Shown one piece after another: positions 31,053-39,742 of a stretch of 64,000 nt of DNA. This DNA is from an uncultured Eubacteriaceae bacterium. GTDB lineage: Bacteria > Bacillota > Clostridia > Peptostreptococcales > Anaerovoracaceae. The notes below the pieces were generated by a model. That model was not told the DNA's origin and searched no databases. It was given only the letters and a program-made list of their open reading frames with translations. Position 1 is the stretch's first letter. Every line of letters begins with the position of its first letter. A program made the position numbers and the translations under genes. The DNA lies in contig CAIFEY010000012.1 in NCBI GenBank assembly GCA_903789635.1, positions 138-64,137 on the forward strand, read 5' to 3'.

Positions 31053-33041
31053 CTACTCCTGTGTTTCCTCAAACGCCATCTTGTCGATATACGCGTCGTT
31101 GAACGCCGTGTTCCCGGAAAGCTCCAGATAACGGCAGCCGCGCTGGATCTCCTGCATCGCAGCGAACGCCGCGTGGTCCGCGCAGGACATCTCCATGCCG
31201 AGCAGCGACGCGTTGCCTAGGTAGACGGCCTTGCCGGAAAGCGATTCCGGGAACATGCCGATCCTCGCCGCGCTGGCAAGGTTCAGGTGCTTCCCGAACC
31301 CTCCCGCGATATAAAGGTGCCTCACCTCGTCCTCGGAAACCCCGCTCTCCTGCAGCAGGACCTCGATCCCGGCCGCTATCGCCGCCTTCGCGAGCTGCAG
31401 CTCCCGCACGTCCTGCGCCGTGAAGCGGACGGCACTGTTGAAGCCGCCCTGGGCATCCTGGCCGTCCCGACTGCCCTGATTTCCTTGAGCGTCCTGGCCG
31501 CCCTGATCGCCCTGGTCGTCCCGATAGAACACGAACCTCCCGTTCCCGTCCTCGTCCTCTTCCAAATACGGCAGGATCGCCGGATCCACGCCCTCCTCGG
31601 CTGCCTCTTCAGGCGGCAGAAAATACCCGCTCTCATCGACCACGCCCTGCCGGAGCAGGAACGCAAGCAGGTCGATCAGGCCCGAACCGCAGATGCCGGA
31701 AGGCTTCCCGCCGCCGACAACGGAGAGCCGAAGCTTCCCGTCCTGCCAGGAAACTTCGGAAATCGCGCCCGGAGATGCCGCCATGCCGCAGCTGATCCTG
31801 GCCCCCTCGAACGCCGGTCCCGACGCGACCGCGCAGCAGAGGAACCCGTCCCGCCCGCCGATCGCCATCTCACCGTTCGTGCCGATGTCGAGCAGCAGGC
31901 TCATTCCCTCCTGCTCGCGCATCTTAGACGCCGCGAGCCCGGACAGGATGTCGCCGCCGACGTACCCAGCCGCGCACGGCGCCGCGTAAATGCCGCCGGT
32001 GCAGGCGGCATCACCGGCTACAGTCCTGCCATCGCTGCCGGCGGCATCACCGGCTTCAATCCTGCCGCCGGTTCCGGCAGCATCACCGGCTTTGATTTTG
32101 TCGCTGTATACAGTGTTCACACTGGTTCCAACGCTGCCACTCGTCTCGGTGCTGCCGCCGGTTCGGGTATGATTGTCTCTTTCTACATTCCGGAAATTCC
32201 GCAATGTCGTCCCTAACGTAAGAAGCGAAAACTTCTCCCTCCACTCGTCCGAAAACGGCTCCGCCATTACGCGGTACCCCGGCGATTCGCCGTCCGTGAA
32301 CAGCGTTTCCGGCGTGAACGGCGCGGACGCGATCGAGACCGGCGAGATCCCGAAAAAAATGTGCTGCATGATCGTGTTCCCGGCGACGTAGAGCGCCTGG
32401 AGGCACGAAGACGCAACCCCCGCGTCCCGGCAGAGCCCCTCGAGCAGCTCCGCGGTCTGTTCCCGGATCGCAGAAGTCAGGACCGCGAGCCCGGAATGGT
32501 TCTCGCTTTCCTGGATAAACTGGATCCTCGAGATCACGTCCGCCCCGTACGCCGCCTGGCGGTTCCAGCCGCCGCGCCGTGCGATGACGGCCGGGCTTTC
32601 CGAGCCGCCCCCGGCAGGCGTCCGAACCAGCGCCGCCGCGACCGTCGTCGTCCCGATGTCCAGGGCGGCGGCGTAGGTAAATCCCCCGCGCCCGGATTCC
32701 GACGGCGTCTGCCAGGAAGTCCCCTCGGCCGCGGGCTCTGCAGCAAGGCTCTCGACACCTTCGACCAGGATATCCGATTCCGAGCGGTCCTCGAGGATCA
32801 CCTCCATGCCGTCAGTCACCTGCGTGCGGCACGCGAGCCGCTCCTGGAAACCGCCGCCGGCAGATGGATTCGCCTCGCCGGCAGTCCGCACCATCACGCG
32901 GCACTTCCCGCACGTCCCGTTTCCGCCGCACGCGGCAGGAATGAAGAACCCGCCGCGCCTCAGCAGCCCCAGGAGATTCTCCCCAGGCTCCGCGCGGAGG
33001 ACGCTCTCCTTTCCGTTTTGCATGATTCTGATCGCTGTCAT
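31053..33041 (-). CDS. Corrinoid reductive activator (RACE-type: N-terminal 2Fe-2S ferredoxin + ASKHA/DUF4445 ATPase)
   Basis: Plant-type ferredoxin motif CGGNGTCGKCRV near the N-terminus, then a large ASKHA-like body (ALDIGTTT, LLLDIGTNGE). Start set to MTAIRIMQ (GGAGAGGGAG upstream); the alternative start is 33059. Carries low-complexity inserts. Confidence 0.82.
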   Translation of the reverse strand: MTAIRIMQNGKESVLRAEPGENLLGLLRRGGFFIPAACGGNGTCGKCRVMVRTAGEANPSAGGGFQERLACRTQVTDGMEVILEDRSESDILVEGVESLAAEPAAEGTSWQTPSESGRGGFTYAAALDIGTTTVAAALVRTPAGGGSESPAVIARRGGWNRQAAYGADVISRIQFIQESENHSGLAVLTSAIREQTAELLEGLCRDAGVASSCLQALYVAGNTIMQHIFFGISPVSIASAPFTPETLFTDGESPGYRVMAEPFSDEWREKFSLLTLGTTLRNFRNVERDNHTRTGGSTETSGSVGTSVNTVYSDKIKAGDAAGTGGRIEAGDAAGSDGRTVAGDAACTGGIYAAPCAAGYVGGDILSGLAASKMREQEGMSLLLDIGTNGEMAIGGRDGFLCCAVASGPAFEGARISCGMAASPGAISEVSWQDGKLRLSVVGGGKPSGICGSGLIDLLAFLLRQGVVDESGYFLPPEEAAEEGVDPAILPYLEEDEDGNGRFVFYRDDQGDQGGQDAQGNQGSRDGQDAQGGFNSAVRFTAQDVRELQLAKAAIAAGIEVLLQESGVSEDEVRHLYIAGGFGKHLNLASAARIGMFPESLSGKAVYLGNASLLGMEMSCADHAAFAAMQEIQRGCRYLELSGNTAFNDAYIDKMAFEETQE

Positions 33042-33379
33042 TATCTCCCTCTCCGTCATTTAATGCCGATCCCTTGTCCTTTCTTTTGCCCATCTCATTG
33101 TGAATTTCATCTATTATATACAAGAAAGATAGGGTATAATATGTTTATCTTACACAAGATCCGGGCGATTCGCAAGCCGGGAATGGGAAGACGGTCCGAA
33201 GAAAGTGTACTTGATTCTAGTACCTGGTTTCTATATATTATTTGTTCTTATATGTTCGTATAATATATTCATCGATGATCATAGGGACTGGGATCATTAG
33301 GACTGCGTCTGCGCGTCTATGATACCGGACATGGAACCGGAAAGTCGGTAAGTTGAATTTTTGGAGAGGGGGTGAGTTA

Positions 33380-34114
33380 ATGGCGAATGAAGTGGATAAC
33401 GAAATGACAAATGAATTGGCGGACGAATCAGCGAACGAATTGGCGAACCAAACGAATACGAACGGCAATCCCGTGGTTTCCGATGAAGTCGACGTTTCTG
33501 ACGAAAATATGGTTTCCGACGAAAACATCGAAAACGACGAATGCGATGAATGCAATAAGACCTTCGAGACCCTGAAGAGGCTAGCGGGCGAGATCGGGTT
33601 CGAGCACTTCGGAAAGCTGAACACGGACGCGCTGATCTTCCGCGAGGAGGTCCGCGCGATGTGCGAGGACGACCGGTGCGGAAGCTGGAATAAGAGCTGG
33701 ACGTGCCCGCCCGCGTGCGGCAGCCTTGAAGCGATTTCCCGGCGCGCCAAAAGGTTTTCCGAGGGCATCCTGGTCCAGACGACCGGAAGTCTTGAGGACC
33801 CGTTCGACATGGAGGCGATGCGTGACCTGGAAGCCCTGCACAAGCAGCGTTTCCAGACGTTCGTCCGCCAGGCTGAGCAGGTGTGCAGCAGAACCCTGCC
33901 GATGTCTGCGGGAACGTGTACACTTTGCCGCCGCTGCACCTACCCGAGCCGCCCCTGCCGCTTCCCCGGCCGTGCACACCCGTCGATGGAGGCGTACGGC
34001 CTGCTGATTTCCGAGGTCCTGGAGCGCTCCGGCATGCGGTACAACTACGGGAAGAACACGATGACGTTCACGTCGTGCATCCTCTTCCAGGGACAAAAAC
34101 CCGAAAGGCCTTGA
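33380..34114 (+). CDS. DUF2284-type predicted metal-binding protein with acidic N-terminal extension
   Basis: The Cys-rich core is CEDDRCGSWNKSWTCPPACG ... CTLCRRCTYPSRPCRFP. The N-terminal 60 aa are D/E/N-rich repeats. RBS GGAGAGGGGG precedes MANEV. Confidence 0.75.
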   Translation: MANEVDNEMTNELADESANELANQTNTNGNPVVSDEVDVSDENMVSDENIENDECDECNKTFETLKRLAGEIGFEHFGKLNTDALIFREEVRAMCEDDRCGSWNKSWTCPPACGSLEAISRRAKRFSEGILVQTTGSLEDPFDMEAMRDLEALHKQRFQTFVRQAEQVCSRTLPMSAGTCTLCRRCTYPSRPCRFPGRAHPSMEAYGLLISEVLERSGMRYNYGKNTMTFTSCILFQGQKPERP

Positions 34115-34242
34115 GACCACCGGACCTGCCGGCCCGGGAACACCCCGCGCCCGACGAACAGTAAAACTATAAGTTATAGATAGTATAAATAGCTTAAATC
34201 GAAAAAGAGAAATTTAGAGAAAAATCTAGAAGGAACTACCCC

Positions 34243-36075
34243 ATGATGACACCGAGAGAAAATTTTCTGGAACTGCTGAAGAGGGACGGCCGCCCTGAGC
34301 GCGTCCTGGACCAGTACGAGGCCATCAACCTCGTGCTCTACGACCCAATCAACGCCTACCTGCGCGGAAACCGCAAGCGCGGCACCACGAGCCAGGACCG
34401 CTGGGGCACCGTGATCGACTGGCCGGAGGATGCCCCGGGCGCGATGCCGCACGTCACCGACGACACCAAGGTTGTGAAAGATATCACACACTGGCGCGAC
34501 TACGTACACGTGCCTGACCTCGCCGCGAACGTCACCGAGGGCTGGGAGGCCTGCCGCGAGAAGGCCCGCGCCGCCGACCCGAACCACGAGAAACTGCTGA
34601 CCGGGTTCATGGGCACCGGAATCTTTGAGCAGTGCCACTTCCTGATCCCGTTCGCCGACGTCCTCGCCTACCTCTACGAGTACCCGGACGAGATGCACGA
34701 CCTGATCGAGACGATCACGGAATACCGCCTGCAGTACGTCAAGCTGCTGATCGACAATCTCCATCCCGACGCCATCCTCTCCCACGACGACTGGGGCGCC
34801 AAAGATGCGCTGTTCTTCCGCCCGGAGATGTGGCGTGAGTTCTTCAAGGAACCGTACGAACGCTTCTACGGCTACATCCGCTCCCGCGGCGTCATCACGA
34901 TCCACCACGCCGACTCCTACCTCGTGCCGATCTTAGACGACATGGTCGACGTCGGCATCCAGGTCTGGCAGGGCGCGCTGCCGGAGAACAACATTCCGGA
35001 GGTCCTGTCGCGCATGGACGGCCGCCTGGTCCTGATGGGCGGAATCGGCGCAGCCATCGACCGCAAGGACGCTGAAGGCCCAGAGATCCGCGCCTACGTC
35101 AGGGACGCGCTGAACCGTTACTGCCCGTACGGCCACTTCATCCCGTGCATCACCTACGGCGTTCCGGGCACCGTCTTCCCGCACGTCGACCCGTTCATCG
35201 ACGCCGAGATCGCAAGCTACAACGAGGAGGTCCACTTCCCGCGCTTCTGGCACGCGCCAGTCCGCAGACAAAAAAAACCATCCCCATCAGCACCGTCCCT
35301 GACGCCCGCCGCGCCCGCTGCTGCCGCAGCCGGCGCTCCCGGAACAGTTCACCCTGGCACCGCAGCCGGAACTGTATACCCTGCCGCCCCAGCCGGAACT
35401 GCCAATCCAAGCGCCGCATCCGCCGACCTTCCGCTCACCGCGCAGCTCTCCGCCGCCCTTGAGAAAGGCCGGAAAGCCAAAGTCGTCTCCCTCACCAAGG
35501 AGGCGCTGGAAGCCGGCGTCGACCCGGAATCCATCCTGGCCGACGGCCTGATCGCCGGCATGAACGCGGTCGGCGAGGCCTTCTCCGCGAACAAGGTCTT
35601 CGTCCCTGAGATGATCATGGCCGCCCGCTGCATGGTCGCCTCCACCGAAATCCTGAAGCCGCACCTGGTCAAGGACGCCCAAGGCACCTCCAAGGGCCGC
35701 GTCATCCTCGGCACGGTCAAGGGCGACCTCCACGACATCGGAAAGAACCTGGTCAAGATCATGATGGAAGGAAGCGGCCTCGAGGTCATCGACCTCGGCA
35801 CCGACATCTCCGCAGAGGACTTCGTCCAGACCGCGATCGACAGGGACGCCGACATGATCGCCTGCTCCGCCCTGCTGACGACCAGCATGCCGGAGATGAA
35901 GAACGTCGTCGCCGAGGCCACCCGCCGCGGCATCCGCGACACCGTCAAAATCCTGATCGGCGGCGCCCCGGTCACCCAGGACTACTGCGACGAGATCGGC
36001 GCCGACGCCTACACCGACGACGCCGCGGCCGCCGCCCGCGCCGCGGTGAAGATCATCGCCGGCGCGGCCGTATAG
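34243..36075 (+). CDS. CmuA-like fusion: URO-D/MtaA-family methyltransferase domain + Pro/Ala linker + corrinoid (B12)-binding domain
   Basis: 610 aa. The N-terminal ~340 aa are MtaA/uroporphyrinogen-decarboxylase-like. The linker is PSPSAPSLTPAAPAAAAAGAPG.... The C-terminus has the cap helix bundle and Rossmann domain with the DxHxxG motif (GDLHDIGKNLV). Confidence 0.85.
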   Translation: MMTPRENFLELLKRDGRPERVLDQYEAINLVLYDPINAYLRGNRKRGTTSQDRWGTVIDWPEDAPGAMPHVTDDTKVVKDITHWRDYVHVPDLAANVTEGWEACREKARAADPNHEKLLTGFMGTGIFEQCHFLIPFADVLAYLYEYPDEMHDLIETITEYRLQYVKLLIDNLHPDAILSHDDWGAKDALFFRPEMWREFFKEPYERFYGYIRSRGVITIHHADSYLVPILDDMVDVGIQVWQGALPENNIPEVLSRMDGRLVLMGGIGAAIDRKDAEGPEIRAYVRDALNRYCPYGHFIPCITYGVPGTVFPHVDPFIDAEIASYNEEVHFPRFWHAPVRRQKKPSPSAPSLTPAAPAAAAAGAPGTVHPGTAAGTVYPAAPAGTANPSAASADLPLTAQLSAALEKGRKAKVVSLTKEALEAGVDPESILADGLIAGMNAVGEAFSANKVFVPEMIMAARCMVASTEILKPHLVKDAQGTSKGRVILGTVKGDLHDIGKNLVKIMMEGSGLEVIDLGTDISAEDFVQTAIDRDADMIACSALLTTSMPEMKNVVAEATRRGIRDTVKILIGGAPVTQDYCDEIGADAYTDDAAAAARAAVKIIAGAAV

Positions 36076-36308
36076 CGCCGGCCCGTCTTCCATTCTGCTA
36101 AGCGTACGGCGCAGAGCGAATCATCACTTTCCAGCGCCGCGGTGCACTTGCAGCGCTGGGTCGACTTTCAATCGGCTCAGTCGACGGCGAGGCTTCTGGA
36201 TGACTTCAATGCTCGCGGCGCATTGCAGCGCTGACGCTCTTGCCATCCGGCTTCGACGGCGCAGCGCAATGCACCTTTTCATTACATACATTTACCGAGA
36301 TTATCAAG

Positions 36309-36343
36309 GGACCCGGTCCGAGGGCAGTCGGCCGGGTCTTTTT
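36309..36343 (+). terminator. Probable terminator downstream of the methyltransferase-corrinoid fusion gene
   Basis: ggacccgg-N15-ccgggtc followed by ttttt. Lies about 235 nt after the stop. Confidence 0.65.
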
Positions 36344-36462
36344 CTGCGCTGCAGTCAACGCATTATCCGCCGCGCCGCAAAACGCCATATCTGCTCCGCC
36401 GCAAGACGCTACGTTTTCACGCCGGAACGCGCGGCGAAATGACATGACGATGGCAGGTCCTG

Positions 36463-37010
36463 GTATACAGTACACATAGATGATATCTATCGGAAGTCCC
36501 CCGTAAGGACATTTTTGTCTTTCGTTTTTCAGCACGAACGCAGATCTTGAAATTTGGTGTAACGGATTTTCCGAATTTCAGCAATGCGAATGATTCTGCT
36601 CCTTGGTGGAACGTTTTCGCCGCCGGAAATCAAGTGAATTAGTCTGACAATTTAAGGATAAGCAGATGCTGCATATAAATAGCCCGCGGGCACTCCGGAT
36701 GGGGTCCGAATACCCCCTGTGAGTGCCCGCGGCGGTGAACAAGTGCTCAAGTTAAATGTATATTTGTATGATATGTCGAAATTCAGATCTCCATTGGATC
36801 GCCGCGGACGATATTTTCCCTGAAAGGGCCGCGAAAAGCAGACGAATTCCTGAAAGCACAGCGAATTGCATATATGGTAATTCTATAAGACCACGAGACT
36901 CTCAGAACCTGTTATGTAAAGACATCGGTTTTTCGCTATTATGGAACTTCGCAAATCGCGTTCCACCAGGATAAATAATTTGCGATCCTACTGAACAGAA
37001 TACAATATGC
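36463..37010. repeat. 548-bp AT-rich conserved non-coding module, copy C2
   Basis: Same block order and total length as C1. Starts with gtatacagtacac and ends with gaatacaatatgc. One variable block forms a 13-bp GC hairpin (36682-36695 / 36721-36733) that is absent from C1. Confidence 0.85.
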
Positions 37011-37036
37011 GCGGTCAATTAATTTCCCATCCAGGC

Positions 37037-37429
37037 TTACTTGCCCAGCGCTTCCTTTCTCTTATTACCTGCACTCTGGCCAACAAGGACGCGGATGATC
37101 AGGTTCACTGCGCACACCGCGACCGCGTACAGGATGCCGATCTTCAGCGTAATGCCCATGAAGAATACGGAAATTCCCAGGATCAGGCCGCTGTTGATGA
37201 GCCCCCATCCGTTCCAGTTCTTCGCGTAGCTGTAGAAATACGAACTTTCCGTATCTCTGGACTCGATGAACAGCACAACCAGACCGCAGATGCACAGGAT
37301 CACCCCGATCCCAAGCGACACATTGTCCGCGATATTTACACTGTAAAAGTAGCGCACCGCCAGTCCAACTGCCGTGACGATTGCGATATAAATCACATTA
37401 TACATGCCATACCGAAACGCTTTACTCAT
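37037..37429 (-). CDS. Hypothetical small integral membrane protein (about 4 TM)
   Basis: 130 aa and hydrophobic. AAGGAG lies 10 nt upstream of the ATG. No recognisable family motif. Confidence 0.65.
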   Translation of the reverse strand: MSKAFRYGMYNVIYIAIVTAVGLAVRYFYSVNIADNVSLGIGVILCICGLVVLFIESRDTESSYFYSYAKNWNGWGLINSGLILGISVFFMGITLKIGILYAVAVCAVNLIIRVLVGQSAGNKRKEALGK

Positions 37430-37677
37430 GACCCTTCACTCCTTTGGTAATCGAGTTCAGTCGATTGTAACCAGTCGGCTACAGCCTCTAATGTCAGTAT
37501 TTCCAACATTACCGATGCCCGACCGATGTTCAAGTTTCTGTCCGCGTTCACTGCCTGCACTTCTTTCCGTACAGGCTCTCTATAACATTATAATATCATC
37601 TATATATTTTTTTGCAAGCATTATTTTCTGAAAATATAATCATTTCAATCGCACGTTATAACTTATTAACTTACACC

Positions 37678-37941
37678 TTAACCGGCCGCGATAAAGAGTA
37701 CCAAGCCTACGCCCACGATGAGCAGCGAGACGATAAGGTCGATGAGCCCAAACACGATATCCAGAATCGAGGTTCCCTGCTCCCTGTCTCCATTAGTCCC
37801 GTTGTTCCCATTGCTTCCTCTGTTCGCGCCGGTTCCGGCATTCCCGTTCCCGGGGCCGTTCGTCTTTCGCAGGTCCGTGCCCGCCGGCAGGTCCCCGTCG
37901 TACCTGGTCACCCTGTAGTGCTCGTTTTCCCTTTTTTCCAT
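37678..37941 (-). CDS. Hypothetical small protein, Gly/Asn-rich N-terminal half and C-terminal TM anchor
   Basis: 87 aa. RBS AAAGGGAGAA lies upstream. The C-terminus ILDIVFGLIDLIVSLLIVGVGLVLFIAAG is a membrane helix. Confidence 0.55.
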   Translation of the reverse strand: MEKRENEHYRVTRYDGDLPAGTDLRKTNGPGNGNAGTGANRGSNGNNGTNGDREQGTSILDIVFGLIDLIVSLLIVGVGLVLFIAAG

Positions 37942-38195
37942 AACTCACGTTCTCCCTTTCCTGATTCATTCACATCGCGCGGAGGCGTCGCCGCCGCCAA
38001 AACCATTTTACCCACCGGACATTTTCCCGTCAATGCACCCATGCCTGCCATCATCCCAATCGCCTCCCGGCAGACAAAATCGACGCCCAAGTGACCAGCC
38101 TGTACTGCCGACTTTGTCGTAAAATAAAAAATAACGAGCCGGCACACGTGGTGCCAGCTCGTTACTTGTAAGTACAAATCCGTATGTATTTGTAA

Positions 38196-38268
38196 TACTC
38201 AGACTCGGAATTGAACCAAGGACACGGGGATTTTCAGTCCCCTGCTCTACCTACTGAGCTATCTGAGC
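38196..38268 (-). tRNA. tRNA-Phe (anticodon GAA)
   Basis: GCTCAGATAGCTCAGTAGGTAGAGCAGGGGACTGAAAATCCCC...GGTTCAATTCCGAGTCTGAGTA. Cloverleaf folds by eye. CCA is not encoded. Confidence 0.9.
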
Positions 38269-38275
38269 AAAAAAT

Positions 38276-38349
<74 letters not shown>

Positions 38350-38356
38350 ATAAAAT

Positions 38357-38431
38357 TGGAGCGGAAGACGAGATTCGAACTCGCGACCCCCGCCTTGGCA
38401 AGGCGGTGCTCTACCCCTGAGCCACTTCCGC
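38357..38431 (-). tRNA. tRNA-Gly (anticodon GCC)
   Basis: GCGGAAGTGGCTCAGGGGTAGAGCACCGCCTTGCCAAGGCGGGGGTCGCGAGTTCGAATCTCGTCTTCCGCTCCA. Confidence 0.93.
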
Positions 38432-38437
38432 ATAGAA

Positions 38438-38519
38438 TCGAGGGAGATGGATTCGAACCATCGTAAGCTCAGCTAACGGATTTACAGTCCGCCCCCTTTA
38501 GCCACTCGGGCATCCCTCG
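38438..38519 (-). tRNA. tRNA-Tyr (anticodon GTA), long variable arm
   Basis: CGAGGGATGCCCGAGTGGCTAAAGGGGGCGGACTGTAAATCCGTTAGCTGAGCTTACGATGGTTCGAATCCATCTCCCTCGA. CCA is not encoded. Confidence 0.88.
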
Positions 38520-38553
38520 ACATGATTAAATTGTAAGCATTCACCTGAATGAA

Positions 38554-38628
38554 TGGAGCTGGCGGGGGGAATCGAACCCTCAACCTGCTGATTACAAATC
38601 AGCTGCTCTACCGTTGAGCCACGCCAGC
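38554..38628 (-). tRNA. tRNA-Thr (anticodon TGT)
   Basis: GCTGGCGTGGCTCAACGGTAGAGCAGCTGATTTGTAATCAGCAGGTTGAGGGTTCGATTCCCCCCGCCAGCTCCA. Confidence 0.93.
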
Positions 38629-38634
38629 ATAAAT

Positions 38635-38711
38635 TGGCGACCAAGACCGGGTTCGAACCGGTGACCTCCAGCGTGACAGGCTGGCATTCTAACCAACTGA
38701 ACTACTTGGCC
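38635..38711 (-). tRNA. tRNA-Asp (anticodon GTC)
   Basis: GGCCAAGTAGTTCAGTTGGTTAGAATGCCAGCCTGTCACGCTGGAGGTCACCGGTTCGAACCCGGTCTTGGTCGCCA. Confidence 0.93.
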
Positions 38712-38742
38712 TCAGCGTCTCGCCTCGAACTCAAGGTGCCTA

Positions 38743-38748
38743 ATTATA
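38743..38748 (-). promoter_or_regulatory. Candidate -10 box of the tRNA operon promoter
   Basis: The minus strand reads TATAAT 31 nt upstream of tRNA-Asp, preceded by an A/T-rich UP-like tract (aatgtaatttttttacaacttttattt). The -35 box is unclear. Confidence 0.45.
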
Positions 38749-39090
38749 GTAACACGTTCCCCCGCTTAACGCAACCCTTAAATAAAAGTTGTAAAAAAAT
38801 TACATTTTCCCTTACCCGTCTGCAGAAATCCCTGATTTCCGCCGCCTTCACCCCTCTCCCCAGGTCAAAGTCGACGGCCAACGGAAAAAACTTTTTTGCT
38901 GCCTCCCCTTTCCTCACCAATTTCAGTCCTTCTTCGAAGCCCAGCGCCGCTCCCATGCATTTCGCATCCGCGGCGTCAGGAATTGCACAGACACGGCGCC
39001 CCTGCTAATCCGCCGCCGGCGCCCGCAGCGCCGCGCCGGGTTTGCAGGGGAGCGACGTCGTGGTTTGCGAGGGCGCTCTGAAAAAAACAA

Positions 39091-39530
39091 GCGCAGCGGC
39101 CTGAAACTTGGGAAAATGGATCAAAAGAACGCACGTTTCCCAAACGTTTCCAGAAATGTGGGAAATTGGCACCTATAAGCCCAAATTCCCAAATCGCCTG
39201 CGCTGGGTGAGTGAATCTCTATACCCTATAGGGGTATATACAAGGCGATGATTATCGATGGGTGACGGGAGTACCGCCTCCGACGCTGGAATACGGACGA
39301 CGACGTGACCCTGTTGTGCGGCGGATTGTGCAGTCAGTCCAGAATGATGGCGGCGGTGCAGTCAATACTGGCAGGCGCAGTGGTCAAATCCATGATCGGA
39401 CTCTGCCCTCAGCGACGGAGGCGCCCGACGAGCTATCCGCGATTTGGGAAATAAGGATTTTCGGCGTCATTTTCCCTAACTTTTTTTGGAACGTTGGGAA
39501 ATTGACCAGTGAGTTGGCCAAATTCTCAAC
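39091..39530. repeat. Dispersed repeat module B (inverted copy of module A core)
   Basis: The reverse complement aligns co-linearly with 10524-10965. It shares the blocks caatttcccaac, aaaaaaagttagggaaaa, ttgactgcaccgccgcc.tcattctggac.gactgca.aatccgccgcacaac, catcgat.atcatcgcc and gggcttataggtg. Confidence 0.85.
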
Positions 39531-39742
39531 AGCGAAGAGACATGCCCCCTTTTCTCCGGGTAAATTATGCTATCGTAGCTATCAAAACATGGTGAATATT
39601 GTATACACCGTCCCCCACGCCCTGCCCGTGAATTTGTTGTGCGCCGCGCTTTCTTTGGCCGCCGCCCCACAGAAAAACGGGACCTCCGGCCCCGTTTCTT
39701 TCTACATATTAATAATAACCGATGCTGTTGACGCGCGGCGCC

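Noticed and set aside
33060-33379. Cobalamin riboswitch in the divergent promoter region of the corrinoid locus
   Set aside because: I could find no B12-box (AGYCMGGAGACCKGCC-like) or the GGGAA...GGTG core on either strand. The region looks like AT-rich promoter DNA. An Rfam RF00174 scan would settle it.
36756-36974. 72-aa ORF inside module C2
   Set aside because: There is no SD sequence. The homologous stretch of C1 is interrupted after 33 codons, and the conserved nucleotide blocks fall in different frames in the two copies. The conservation is therefore not at the protein level.
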